NCBI RefSeq assembly: GCF_011386835.1
Contig: NC_088807.1
Coordinates: 1,426,001 to 1,490,000 of the forward strand
Origin: Chrysemys picta bellii
Lineage: Eukaryota
DNA: 64,000 nucleotides
Direction of reading: 5' to 3'
Below are positions 22,144-32,460 of the stretch, one piece after another. How positions within the stretch are numbered: position 1 is the first letter of the stretch; each line of letters starts with the position of its first letter. The notes beneath the pieces are model-generated. The model saw only the letters and a list, made by a program, of their open reading frames with translations. It searched no databases and was not told the origin of the DNA. Both the position numbers and the translations under genes were made by a program.

Positions 22144-23459
22144 GCTGGAGAGGCTGAGCCCTACTCTCTGTGTGTGTGAGAGAGATGACACCAGAGTTAT
22201 TGGACCTGTGTAGGGAGGAACAGCTGGACTTTCATTCCAGATGTGTGGAATTAGGCCATAATTACCCCTCCCCCAACCTTTCCTCCTAATGAAAACAAGG
22301 CCTAAGGCTCTTGGACAGACCCAGGAACACTCCCCCCCCCACTCTAACCACTAGACCCCACTCCCCTCCCAGAGCCAGGAGAGAACCCAGGAGTCCTGGC
22401 TCCCAGCCCCCCTGCTCTAACCACTAGACCCCACTCCCCTCCCAGAGCCGGGGACAGAACCCAGGAGACATCCCAAGAAATGCATGACACACAACAATCA
22501 TGAGATTTTTGTTTTGAATAATATATTTTGAAATCTTATTTGTGGTTCTGGTTTCGGAGCCTGGAGCCTGCAGGCGCTTCATGTTTACAAGCCGTTCTCC
22601 ACGCCCACCAGGGCTAGCCACTTCCTTTTTATTAAAGCCTAGAGACTCAGGGATTGCCCCGTGACTCCAGGTGCTGGGGCTTTACAAGAGACCCCAAATA
22701 GTAGAAGACAGGTGTGAAAATTGCAAGAGTTGGCCGCTCTGTGCCGGGGAAGACAGACGAATCAAAGACAGTGCGGCCAACTCCCAGGATTTTGTCCCAA
22801 GTCTCGTGCGATTTGGGGGTTTCCTTGGATTCCCGGCTCCTGTGGTCAGGGGTTATGTGAGAGTCTCCAGTCAGGAAGGGGTAGAACCTGCCCCTTTGAA
22901 AGCAGCGGCGTTTGTCACTGATTTCAGCAGGATCAGAAGTCCAGCCTGTTTCTCGCACGAGCGGCTGGAGGAAAGGGCTTTGAAACGGGACTTCAGCGGT
23001 ACCCAAAGGCTGGGAAACCAGCAGGCAAATCAACAGGACCCCCCAGAATCACAAATAGTCATTTGAACCATGGTGATTGGAAAGCCCATCTCATGAGACT
23101 GGGGAGCCTGACGCGTGGTTAAAACGCCTCGGGATTTTGGGCGTGTGCTTCGTGAAACGAAATCTCGGGAGTTTAAACAGACTCCTGTGATGTTGGGTGC
23201 CCCAGCGCACTCGGGGGTGGGGATGCTGGAAAGACCAGGGCGTAAGTGACGTCCGGAAGCGTTGGGAGATTGATGGTGGAACAATCCCAGCCCGCCATGG
23301 TCTGCGGGGTGGGGGGAGCTTTGTTGTAGCTTCAGGGTTGTGGCCTGGCTTGCAATCTCACCCCCCCCCTCCCCTGGGGTTTGTTAGGACTTGTTTGTTG
23401 TATCTGTCCCTTGGCTGGGCTAGCCGGGATATCAGATATCTGCCTGTCTTTGTGTACGG

Positions 23460-23840
23460 GTTGTGTCTGTGTGCGTAGGTCGTCTTTATGTCTCTGGGTG
23501 TGCATGATGTCTGTGTGTTGTGTCTGTGTTTGTGCGTTGTGTCTGGGTGTCATCTCTGCTGTGTCTGTGTTTGTGTCGTCTCTGTGTCTGGGTTGTGTGT
23601 CTGCATGTCTCTGTGTGTTGTCCCTGTCTCTGTATTGTCTCTGTATATTGTGTCTGTGTTTGTGTTATCTGTATGTTGTCTTTGTGTCTGTGTTTGTGTG
23701 TTGCGTCTGGGGGTTGTCTCTGTCTTTGTGTGATCTCTGTGTGTTGTCTCTGTGTCTGTGTTGTGTGTCTCTATGTTGTGTCTGCCTGTTTGTGTTATCT
23801 CTGTGTCTGTGTGTTGTGTGTGTATCCGCCTGTGTTGTGT
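23460..23840. repeat. TG/TC-rich low-complexity tract
   Basis: Degenerate TGTGTC/TGTCTC repeats. Confidence 0.9.
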
Positions 23841-26648
23841 CCCTGGCCTGCATCCCCTTTCAATCCCCTCAACCCTGATCATTTTCCCCAAGCAGCCAGG
23901 ACCAGGGCCCATCTCTATCCCCACTCTGCGACCGGGGCACAATGTAGCACTGACCTGGGGGGACCCGGCTCCAGCCGCGTGCCCTTGGGGGGGGGGGGGG
24001 GCTGGCAGATCCCCTAGCGCCAGCTCTGGGCTGGGCCCGACCCGGCGGACACTGCAGGGAAATGACACATAAGTGAGAAACAAACGAAAGCCGGGCGGGT
24101 GGGGAAGGGGGAAAGGAGCCGACAGTCCAGACGGGCCGAGCGGTGCGGGCTGGGCTGGGCTGGGCGATTCCCGGCTAGATGCCTCCATCCCTTTGCTCTG
24201 GGGCAATGGTCAGGGGATATTGGCTGGACTGGGAGCCAGCGGCCTGCTCTGGCCTGAAGGGAAGCCAGGAGAACGCGTCAGGTCCCTGCTGCAGCCGAGG
24301 AAAATCCCAGCCAAGTCAATTCCCATTTCTCTGCTCCAGAGTGGGCTCAAGGGGATGGGGAGGGTAATAAGGGGTGGGAGCCAGGACTCCTGGGTTCTCT
24401 CCCAGATCTGGGAGGGGAGCAGGGTCCAGAAGTAAGAGCAGGAGGGGGCTGGGCGCCCGGACTCCTGGGTTCCTGGCTTTGCCACTGGCTCCCTGTTTGC
24501 CCATGGGCAAGTCCTTGCCCCCTCTCTTTGCGTCAGTTTCCTGCTCTGTCGTGGGGGGCGAGGCCTTGGCCCAGGAGAGAGCGAAGCCAGGGACTTGAGC
24601 GACGCCCGGGCCCCAGCACTGGCTGCGATGAGGCGAAGGGCCATTGGGACAGCGTTTCCTGTGCGTGGGTACGTTCCGGGCCACAGGACGGCGCGTGCCG
24701 AGCAGCGGGGCCGGCAGGACAGCCGGGGGGCAGGACTGGACCCAACCAGGAGGCCGAGAGACTCTCCGCTAGGGACCACCTAGCCCAGCGTCCGGGCTCC
24801 CGGTGGTACCGAGCGCTGTTCACCCCCTGGGACCCCTTGGCATTTTTCTTTGTTCTTCCCCCCCTTTTCCTGTCGCCAGCTCAGCAAAACAGGCTCCAGG
24901 CTTCCCCTGCCCCGATCCTCTCCTGCCTTCTGGCCTTTAAACCGGAGAGCGGGTCAGGGTCAGTCTAAAAATAACAGACAAACAAGAGTTAAAAATAAGC
25001 TCCAAGCCCCCGGCCACTTTTTGTGGTTTGCCGATGACACTTGCGGGCTGGTTTTAATGACACGCTGCCGCTTTCCCCCACGAAAGAGCCAGACAAACAC
25101 GGGCAAGTGACTAACCGGGCCGTCCGTTTCACTCTTTCCCCCGTGTAATGAAAGTGCTCAAAATAAAATCACCTGGACCAGAAAAACATCTGGCGGGATT
25201 TCCCCTCCTCTCCGGTTCTAGGAAGCTCTGCTCTTACCTGTGACGACAGCCGGTTTTTAAACAATCGGACGTGAGTTTCTCCAGCGAATGGCGTCCCACG
25301 TGAGACGCGAAGGGCTTTTCGACACACACAGGTTGCACGGCTTTAACTGTCCCAGCCGGAGCAGCACAGGCTGCATTCAGATCGTAAGATCCCGGGTTGT
25401 CTGTCTGTCTGTCTGGGTGTCCCTCGGAAGCCTGGAGGTTGGAGACTGGGGTAGCCCCCTGTTGCAACTGCTTCCTCCCATCCCTTTTGCGAGAAACAGG
25501 AGCTGGTTTATGGAAGAAATCGTGCATCGACCTCGCTGGGTCGGCTTAACAGCGGCGCTCACGGGCGTGGATTTCTCCCAGCCCTGGGCGCCGAGCTAAC
25601 TGCAGACCAGGCTTCGATCGGTTAAAACCCAGCCCAAGCCGCCCCTCCCACTGGCACGGGGCACAAACCGCGTGTGGGAAGGCCAGGTCGGTGACAGAAG
25701 CAGCCGACGCCGGGAACTTCGCATTTCCTGGCTCTTGCGGCCCTGATTTCAGAACCGCGACACCAGGGACTTTGCGGGAGGAAGTCCTGGCCAGCGCCCG
25801 GCTCTTCCTGATGAGAGAGATTTAAAACCCAACATCGGGTGTGCCCAGAGTTTGGGGCATGGAAATTGCATCAGTGCAGAGCCTCTGGCCGCGTTTGCCG
25901 AAGCTGGCGAGGGTGGGGACCGGCTCGCTGCCAAGCCCCCACCCACCCGGCCGCTCGGAATGAGGAGGAAGCAATGCCGTCTTGTGCCGCGCCCGTGTGA
26001 ATCGCTGGGGGGGTCAGGCCCGGGATGGCGTGGAAGTGCTGACGCCGCTGGTGGAGGTGCTGACGCAGGCCGCTGAGCAAGGGGGTTCATCTCGACGTGG
26101 CCGTGTCCCGTCTGACGCCCGACCCATTGCTTGGTGACTAACGTGCCCCCGGCAGCTCTCCTTACCCAATGCAGTAACTCCTGGGGAGCATCCGCAGCCC
26201 AGCGCGAACCACCGCCCGTCTCCTTCTCCCGCGGTCCCTCTGCCAGCCACTGCGGGGCGGGCGGTGGGGAGGGCAGCAGTGTCACTGGGCGAGAGGTGAC
26301 ACCTGGTGCCAGCTGCAACGTGGGCCGGGCGATTCAGTCCTCGGCCCGACCGGCGCCTGTCCGGGCATCACCCTTTCCTTGGCAGCTGTCCGGAAGATTT
26401 TTTTCCTGATTTGCCCATGGAAGAGTCAGGAGACAAGACTGACCAGGGCTCGTTGCTTGCTGGGAAGTGAACCATGGGCCCGTAGCCATCACTGGCTGGT
26501 TGCTGGTGCAGAGATACTTGTGTTGGGATGGATTTTCCTTGGGAAGGGAGGGGCCAGGTTCAGCCTAAAACAGCGCCGCTCACTTGTCCCGTGCGGTGGG
26601 GGGGAAACCAGGCAGTGTCCAGAGCGTGGGGCTGGTGTTCATGGGGAA

Positions 26649-27808
26649 TGTGATGGGTTCGGTCACAGAAACCCCCTTGGGACTGTCACCTGATGTGCTG
26701 GAATTACCTCTGAGCCCGTTTTCCCTGCTGGCTTGGGACTTCAGAACCCTGCCTGGTTGAGCCAGACACGCCAGCCTGCTGCAACACAGACCCAGGTCTG
26801 GTCCACGCCCCCAAAGCTGCAGAGTTAACTGAAAACAGCTTAAGACGTGCTCCTGTCTCTAGTGCCCAGACACCCAGCTCCCAACGGGATCCAACCCCCA
26901 ATGAATCCGTTTTACCCGGTATAACACTTATACAGGGTAAACTCATATATTGTCCGCCCTCTATAACACTGATAGAGAGATATGCACAGCTGTTTGCTCC
27001 CCCAGGTATTAATACTTGCTCTGGGTTAATTAATAAGTAAAAAGTGATTTTATTAAATACAGAAAGTAGGATTGAAGTGGTTCCAAGTAATAACAGACAG
27101 AACAAAGTGAATTACCAGCAAAATAAAATAAAAAACACGCAAGTCTAAGCCTAATACAGTAGGCAACTAAATGCAGGTAAATCTCACCCTCAGAGATGTT
27201 CCAATAAACGTTCTCAGGCCAGACTCCTTCCTAGTCTGGGCCCAATCCTTTCCCCTGGTACAGTCCTTCTTCCAGATCAGGTGGTAACTAGGGGATTTCT
27301 CATGACTGCAGCCCCCTTTGTTCTGTTCCACCCCCTTTTATAGCTTTGGCACAAGGCGGGAATCTTTTGTCTCTCTGGGTCCCCACCCCTCCTTCTCAAT
27401 GGAAAAGCACCAGGTTAAAGATGGATTCCAGTCCCAGGTGACATGGTCACATGTCCTGTGAGACCCCCCCCCCCCTCCATTCTTCCCAGCCTGACTCACA
27501 GGACGGCTTACAAGCCAACAGAGCCATTTACAACCAATTGTCCTGATCAATGGGAGCCATCAAGCTTCCAAGCCACCATTAATGGCCCCCACTTTGCATA
27601 ATTACAATAGGACTCAGAGTTAACTTCATATTCCTAGTTTCAGACACAAGAATGATACGTACATACAAATAGGATGACCACACTCAGTAGATTGAAAGCT
27701 TTGTAATGGTACCTTACAAGAGACCTTTTGCATGAAGCATATCTCAGTTACATCATATTCACCCTTATTAGCATATTTCCATCAAACATTATGGAGTGCA
27801 TCGTCACA
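26649..27808 (-). mobile_element. Solo LTR, about 1160 bp (family different from the 473-bp LTRs)
   Basis: TGTGATG...CGTCACA termini (TG..CA with a short inverted repeat) and a sharp AT-rich block. TATAAAA (27342-27336) lies upstream of AATAAA (27054-27049) on the minus strand. No clean TSD was seen. Confidence 0.7.
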
Positions 27809-28430
27809 GAGAGAACCAGGTGGCGCTAGGCGCTGTACAAAAAGCCGGGCGGGCTCCCTCGGTGTCAGATGAGCTGACAGGTGGAAACAGATAGAAGTAA
27901 ACAAGCCATAGAAATTGAAGAGGAATCAAGGGGCTATTTCCCGTGAGGGGGGTTTGCGGAGCTGGGGATTCAGTGTATCTGGGTTACAGGCAATAACCCC
28001 CCACCCCCGCCTGGCTCTGCGTGTCAGGTTAAGGGAGCCGGTGACTTGAGGCCCTGAGCTTAGCCCGAAGGGATCTGAGGGCAGGATCCGGCCTACGGGA
28101 AGGAAGCCAGTGGTTCTCTTGGAACCTGGCGGGAGCCGGGAGAGAGGAACGCGGCTCTGTGCCGTTAAAAGGACTTCCCAGCTGGTTTGCAAAAGAAGTT
28201 AGATGGGGCGGTGTAGTGGTTAGAGCAGGGGGCTGGGAGCCAGGACTCCTGGGTTCTATCCCCGGCTCTGGGAAGGGAGTGGGGTCGTGGTTAGAGCAGG
28301 GGGGCTGGGAGCCAGGACTCCTGGGTTCTATCCCTGGCTCTGGGAAGGACTGTGGGGTCGTGGTTAGAGCGGGGGGGGCTGGGAGCCAGGACTCCTGGGT
28401 TCTATCCCCGGCTCTGGGAAGGACTGTGGG

Positions 28431-28903
28431 TGTCACGGAGTATTGGGGAACTCAGGGCCCTGCACCCCCGGCTTCCTGCGATTCACCATGACTCTCAGCC
28501 AGCCAGTAAAGCAGAAGGTTTATTTGGATGACAGGAACACAGTCCAAGACAGGTCTTGCAGGCACAGACAACAGGGCCCCCCCTCAGTTAGGTCCAGCTT
28601 GGGGTCCCAGGGCATCCCAGCCCCCCCCTTTGGGGGGTCAGAGCCATCTCTGCCTCCCAGCCATCTCTCCAGCCTCCTTCCAGCCTGCTTCCCACACTCT
28701 GCCTTCAGCGACCCCTCCCACAGCCTTTGTTCAGTTTCCCGGGCCCCGGAGTCATCTGACCTCCAACCCCCTCCTGGGTTCTCATGTTACAAGCTCAGGT
28801 ATGTTCCCTTGGGCCGGCTCCCATCCCCCGATGCAGACCATCCTAGTCACACTCCCCTGTCAGCATTCACACACCCCAGCAAGAACAGTCCCAGTTCGTC
28901 ACA
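28431..28903 (-). repeat. 3' LTR
   Basis: TGTCACGG...TTCGTCACA, AATAAA on minus at 28524-28519, and the PPT immediately adjacent. Confidence 0.95.
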
Positions 28904-28917
28904 TCTCTCCCCCCTTC
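28904..28917 (-). other. Polypurine tract
   Basis: GAAGGGGGGAGAGA on the minus strand abutting the 3' LTR. Confidence 0.9.
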
Positions 28918-28969
28918 GAGACCGAACTGAGCAGGGTCACTTTAGCCAGTGACCCGGGGAAGTTCGAAC

Positions 28970-31648
28970 CTACCCCCGTTCCCATGGATGCCCCCGCATC
29001 CCTCCAGTTCCTTGGTGAGAATTACACCAGGCCCCTTCCGTTCCACGCCCCCCCTTAGGTCGGGGTTGCTTGATGGCACTCGCAGTTCGCATGTGGGAAG
29101 GTTTATGCGGCCTGTGCCCTTTTCCCACCCCCATACCTCTGGGGTTCCAACTGGGCTGTGGTCTTCTCCCAGCGCTCCAGTCTGGAGGTCTGTGCTTTGG
29201 GCTCTCTTGGTTTAGAGCCGCCCTTTTAACCTTGGCCACCCTCTGGAAAGGATCCTTTATGCTGGGCAAGGGTCCTAAAGCTCTTTTCCCCTTGTCCCAG
29301 GCCTTCCTCCCCCTCTGACAGGGGTCACAGGATCCGCAGTACTGTCGGACAGTAACAAAGACCCCAGGCCAGTAAAAGCTCCGTAGCAGCCTCTGCTGGG
29401 TACGCCAGGTTCCCTGGTGCCCTGAGAGGGGAATGTCATGGGCCCGGCACAGCAGCTGGCGGCGATACTTCTGGGGTACCACCAGCTGCCTCCTGATCCC
29501 CCCTGACTCCATTTTCCCTGGGGGAGCCCATTCTCGGTACAGGAACCCCTTCTCCCACAGGAACCTTTTCCGGCCACCTCGTTCCATGGTCTGTACCGCA
29601 TTGAGGTCGGCCAGGTCCCTTATCTTCCGCAAGGAGGGGTCTCTCTGTAACTCGGCCTGGAACTCAGCAGCTGGGACAGGGATGGCCACCTGCTCTTTCT
29701 CGCCCGCTGGGTCCGAAGCTGCAGCCTCCCTGAGCCGCGTCCCTGGGCGTTCCCTCCCCACCAGGTTAGGGTCCTGCGCCTCAGGCAAGGCACCCCCCCC
29801 AAGGCCAGGGCGCAGGGCCCCTCGCCGGCTCTGACTGCGGGTCACAACCAGTGCCTTTTGGGGGTTGCTTGGCCAGTTCTCCAGGTCCCCCCCCATCAAT
29901 ACCTCAGTGGGCAGATACGGGTGTACCCCCACATCCTTGGGGCCCTCCTTGGCCCCCCACTTCAGGTGTACCCTTGCCACGGGCACTTTGACTGGTGTTC
30001 CGCCCACCCCCGTCAGGGTCAGGTAGGAGTTGGGCACCACCTGATCTGGGGCCACCACCTCGGGCCGGGCCAGCGTCACCTCTGCGCCCGTATCCCAGTA
30101 TCCATTGACCTTCCTCCCATCCACCTCCAGGGGAACAAGGTACTCTCTCCGGAGGGACAGCCCCGCGCCCACCGTATAAACCAAAAACCCTGAGTCTGGG
30201 GCATCCAGCCCCCTAGAGGAGCTGGCCTGGGGCCCTTCTCTCTCTTGAGCAGTTGATAAGCTGCCAGCCCCTCTTGCGTGAGAAGCCTGCCCCTCGTCCG
30301 TCTGGGCCTCTACCAAGTTAACCCTATGCGGGTTCGGTCTGCTCAGTCTGTCCTTGAGCTTGGGGCACTGGGCCCGAACGTGGCCTCTTCGGCCGCAGTA
30401 ATAGCAGCTCATGTCCTGTGGGTCCCCTCGAGCCGGTCGGTTGTCCCTGACGCTGGGCATTCCCCGTGGGAGGGGATTCCCCATATTCCCTCTTTGGGAG
30501 GTCCCAGGGTGACTCTCTCTCTGCATCGCGGCGGGCCTGTTCCTTTGGGGCTCCTCCCTGCCACCCCCTGACCGGCTCTTTACAAACTCATCAGCCAGCT
30601 GCCCGGCGTGTCGCGGGTTCTCTGGCTTTCTGTCCACCAACCACAGCCTCAGGTCGGATGGGCACCGCTCATACAGTTGCTCCAGTACCAGCAGTTTAAT
30701 CAGGTCCTCCTTCGTCTGGGCCCCACCCGCCCACTTGCTGGCGTATCTTTCCATGCGGACGGCTAGTTGCAGATATGAGATCTCAGGGGTTTTATCTTGA
30801 CTCCGGAACCTTCCCCGGTACATCTCAGGAGTCAGCCCAAACTCACGTAGCAGGGCCTTTTTTAATAGTTCGTAGTCCCCTTTCTCTGCCTCTCCCAGTT
30901 GGCGGTACAATGCCACGGATTTGGGGTCCAGTAAGGGGGTAAGGACCCGGAGTCTGTCCGCGGGATCAACCCGGTGCAGCTCGCAGGCCGTCTCAAAGGC
31001 CTCCAGGAAGTCATCCATGTCCTCCCCCTCCTTGTATGGGGCCATGATGCACTTATCAAAGCTCCGTGCAGTCCTGGGTCCCCCCTCACTCACCGCAGCC
31101 GGGGGTTCGCTGCCCCTCAGTCTCGCCAGTTCCAGTTCATGCTGACGCTGTCTCTCATTCTCCTCCCGTTCACGCTGATGCTGTCTCTCTTTCTCCTCCC
31201 GTTCATGCTGTCTCTGTTGTTCACGATCCTCCAGCTCCCTCAGTTTTAGCTCTTTCTCCCATTCCAGCCAATTCCGCTCCCCGGATGCCGAACGTCGCCG
31301 GGAGGCTCCTCTGCTGGCCGGCGGGCTTCGCCGGGGGGACCCCCTGCTGGCCGGGGGGGTCACGGCGCCTTCGGTATTTGCTGGGCTCCTCCCCACCCTT
31401 CCCCTAGGCATAGGAAGGAGGGGTCTCGGGAAGCCCTCAGCAGCCGGCTGACCACTCCCAGCCGGGACAGACACTGGTGCCTGCGCTGCATTTGCCAGGC
31501 TGCTTCCCTGAGACACAGGGATCAGTTCATTCGCGCGATCTTCCGCCTCCAGCTGGGCAATGAGCTGTTCTTTGGTGAGCCTCCCAATGCGCAGCCGCCT
31601 CTGCTTGCACAGCTCCACCAGGTCGCTCTTAAGCCGCTTGGCATACAT
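28970..31648 (-). CDS. Retrotransposon Gag-protease-truncated integrase polyprotein (892 aa from the first ATG)
   Basis: N-terminal helical LKSDLVELCKQRRL...KEQLIAQL, an E/R coiled coil, and a SCAN-like capsid CTD (EMYRGRF...LVLEQLYERCPSDLRLWLVDRKPENPRHAGQLADEF, about 30826-30583). Then the zinc knuckle CYYCGRRGHVRAQC (about 30406-30365), the aspartic protease WDTGAEVTL (DTG at 30094-30086) and the integrase HHCC HDIPLSGH...CGSCDPC (about 29440-29318). No DDE, YxDD or RNase H motifs follow. Confidence 0.92.
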   Translation of the reverse strand: MYAKRLKSDLVELCKQRRLRIGRLTKEQLIAQLEAEDRANELIPVSQGSSLANAAQAPVSVPAGSGQPAAEGFPRPLLPMPRGRVGRSPANTEGAVTPPASRGSPRRSPPASRGASRRRSASGERNWLEWEKELKLRELEDREQQRQHEREEKERQHQREREENERQRQHELELARLRGSEPPAAVSEGGPRTARSFDKCIMAPYKEGEDMDDFLEAFETACELHRVDPADRLRVLTPLLDPKSVALYRQLGEAEKGDYELLKKALLREFGLTPEMYRGRFRSQDKTPEISYLQLAVRMERYASKWAGGAQTKEDLIKLLVLEQLYERCPSDLRLWLVDRKPENPRHAGQLADEFVKSRSGGGREEPQRNRPAAMQRESHPGTSQRGNMGNPLPRGMPSVRDNRPARGDPQDMSCYYCGRRGHVRAQCPKLKDRLSRPNPHRVNLVEAQTDEGQASHARGAGSLSTAQEREGPQASSSRGLDAPDSGFLVYTVGAGLSLRREYLVPLEVDGRKVNGYWDTGAEVTLARPEVVAPDQVVPNSYLTLTGVGGTPVKVPVARVHLKWGAKEGPKDVGVHPYLPTEVLMGGDLENWPSNPQKALVVTRSQSRRGALRPGLGGGALPEAQDPNLVGRERPGTRLREAAASDPAGEKEQVAIPVPAAEFQAELQRDPSLRKIRDLADLNAVQTMERGGRKRFLWEKGFLYREWAPPGKMESGGIRRQLVVPQKYRRQLLCRAHDIPLSGHQGTWRTQQRLLRSFYWPGVFVTVRQYCGSCDPCQRGRKAWDKGKRALGPLPSIKDPFQRVAKVKRAALNQESPKHRPPDWSAGRRPQPSWNPRGMGVGKGHRPHKPSHMRTASAIKQPRPKGGRGTEGAWCNSHQGTGGMRGHPWERG

Positions 31649-31967
31649 CTTCCTGCTGGCCACTCACCGGCCTGTGTGCTCACAGCTCCCCACAGTTCCC
31701 AGGGGGCCCCCTAGTGTGCCAGCCCTTCTCGAGGTCACCACCTCTCTGCCAGGGTCGAGCTGCAGACTCCTCCGCCCCTGGGACCACTCGCTGTGATCCC
31801 ACGGGGGACCCTGTTACTGCAAAAGTCCTTCTCGCTGGTCACACACTCCCAGGGGTAATAACCGTCTCTCTCCCACTCTTCAGCAGGCCTGGTCCCCGTC
31901 AATCCCCCTTCGTTTTACTGCTCCCCAGTCACTTACTGCAGGAAGCGCCGTCCATGGGGTGCAGTAG

Positions 31968-31985
31968 ATCCCACCGCTGCCACCA
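31968..31985 (-). other. Primer-binding site, tRNA-Leu
   Basis: Minus-strand TGGTGGCAGCGGTGGGAT starts 2 nt inside the 5' LTR boundary. It is complementary to the 3' end ATCCCACCGCTGCCA-CCA recalled for vertebrate tRNA-Leu(AAG/TAG). Confidence 0.88.
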
Positions 31986-31987
31986 GT

Positions 31988-32460
31988 TGTCACGGAGTAT
32001 TGGGGAACTCAGGGCCCTGCACCCCCGGCTTCCTGCGATTCACCATGACTCTCAGCCAGCCAGTAAAGCAGAAGGTTTATTTGGATGACAGGAACACAGT
32101 CCAAGACAGGTCTTGCAGGCACAGACAACAGGGCCCCCCCTCAGTTAGGTCCAGCTTGGGGTCCCAGGGCATCCCAGCCCCCCCCTTTGGGGGGTCAGAG
32201 CCATCTCTGCCTCCCAGCCATCTCTCCAGCCTCCTTCCAGCCTGCTTCCCACACTCTGCCTTCAGCGACCCCTCCCACAGCCTTTGTTCAGTTTCCCGGG
32301 CCCCGGAGTCATCTGACCTCCAACCCCCTCCTGGGTTCTCATGTTACAAGCTCAGGTATGTTCCCTTGGGCCGGCTCCCATCCCCCGATGCAGACCATCC
32401 TAGTCACACTCCCCTGTCAGCATTCACACACCCCAGCAAGAACAGTCCCAGTTCGTCACA
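31988..32460 (-). repeat. 5' LTR
   Basis: Same length as the 3' LTR and, by eye and by the identical ORF-track translations, the same sequence. Confidence 0.95.

Larger units (their letters stand above)
28431..32460 (-). mobile_element. Gypsy (Gmr1-like, SCAN-bearing) LTR retrotransposon, internally deleted / non-autonomous, 4030 bp
   Basis: Two 473-bp TG..CA LTRs (28431-28903 and 31988-32460), a GTGGG TSD (28426-30 and 32461-65), a tRNA-Leu PBS, a PPT and a single gag-PR-IN(ZnF) ORF. Confidence 0.95.

Noticed and set aside
28443-29058. Plus-strand ORFs of 158-230 aa in both LTRs
   Set aside because: They start at TTG/other codons, are antisense to the element, show no recognisable domain, and are duplicated only because the LTR is.
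28904-29230. Env-like or extra ORF at the 3' end of the retroelement
   Set aside because: Only about 330 bp remain between the deletion junction and the PPT, with no signal peptide or TM segment.
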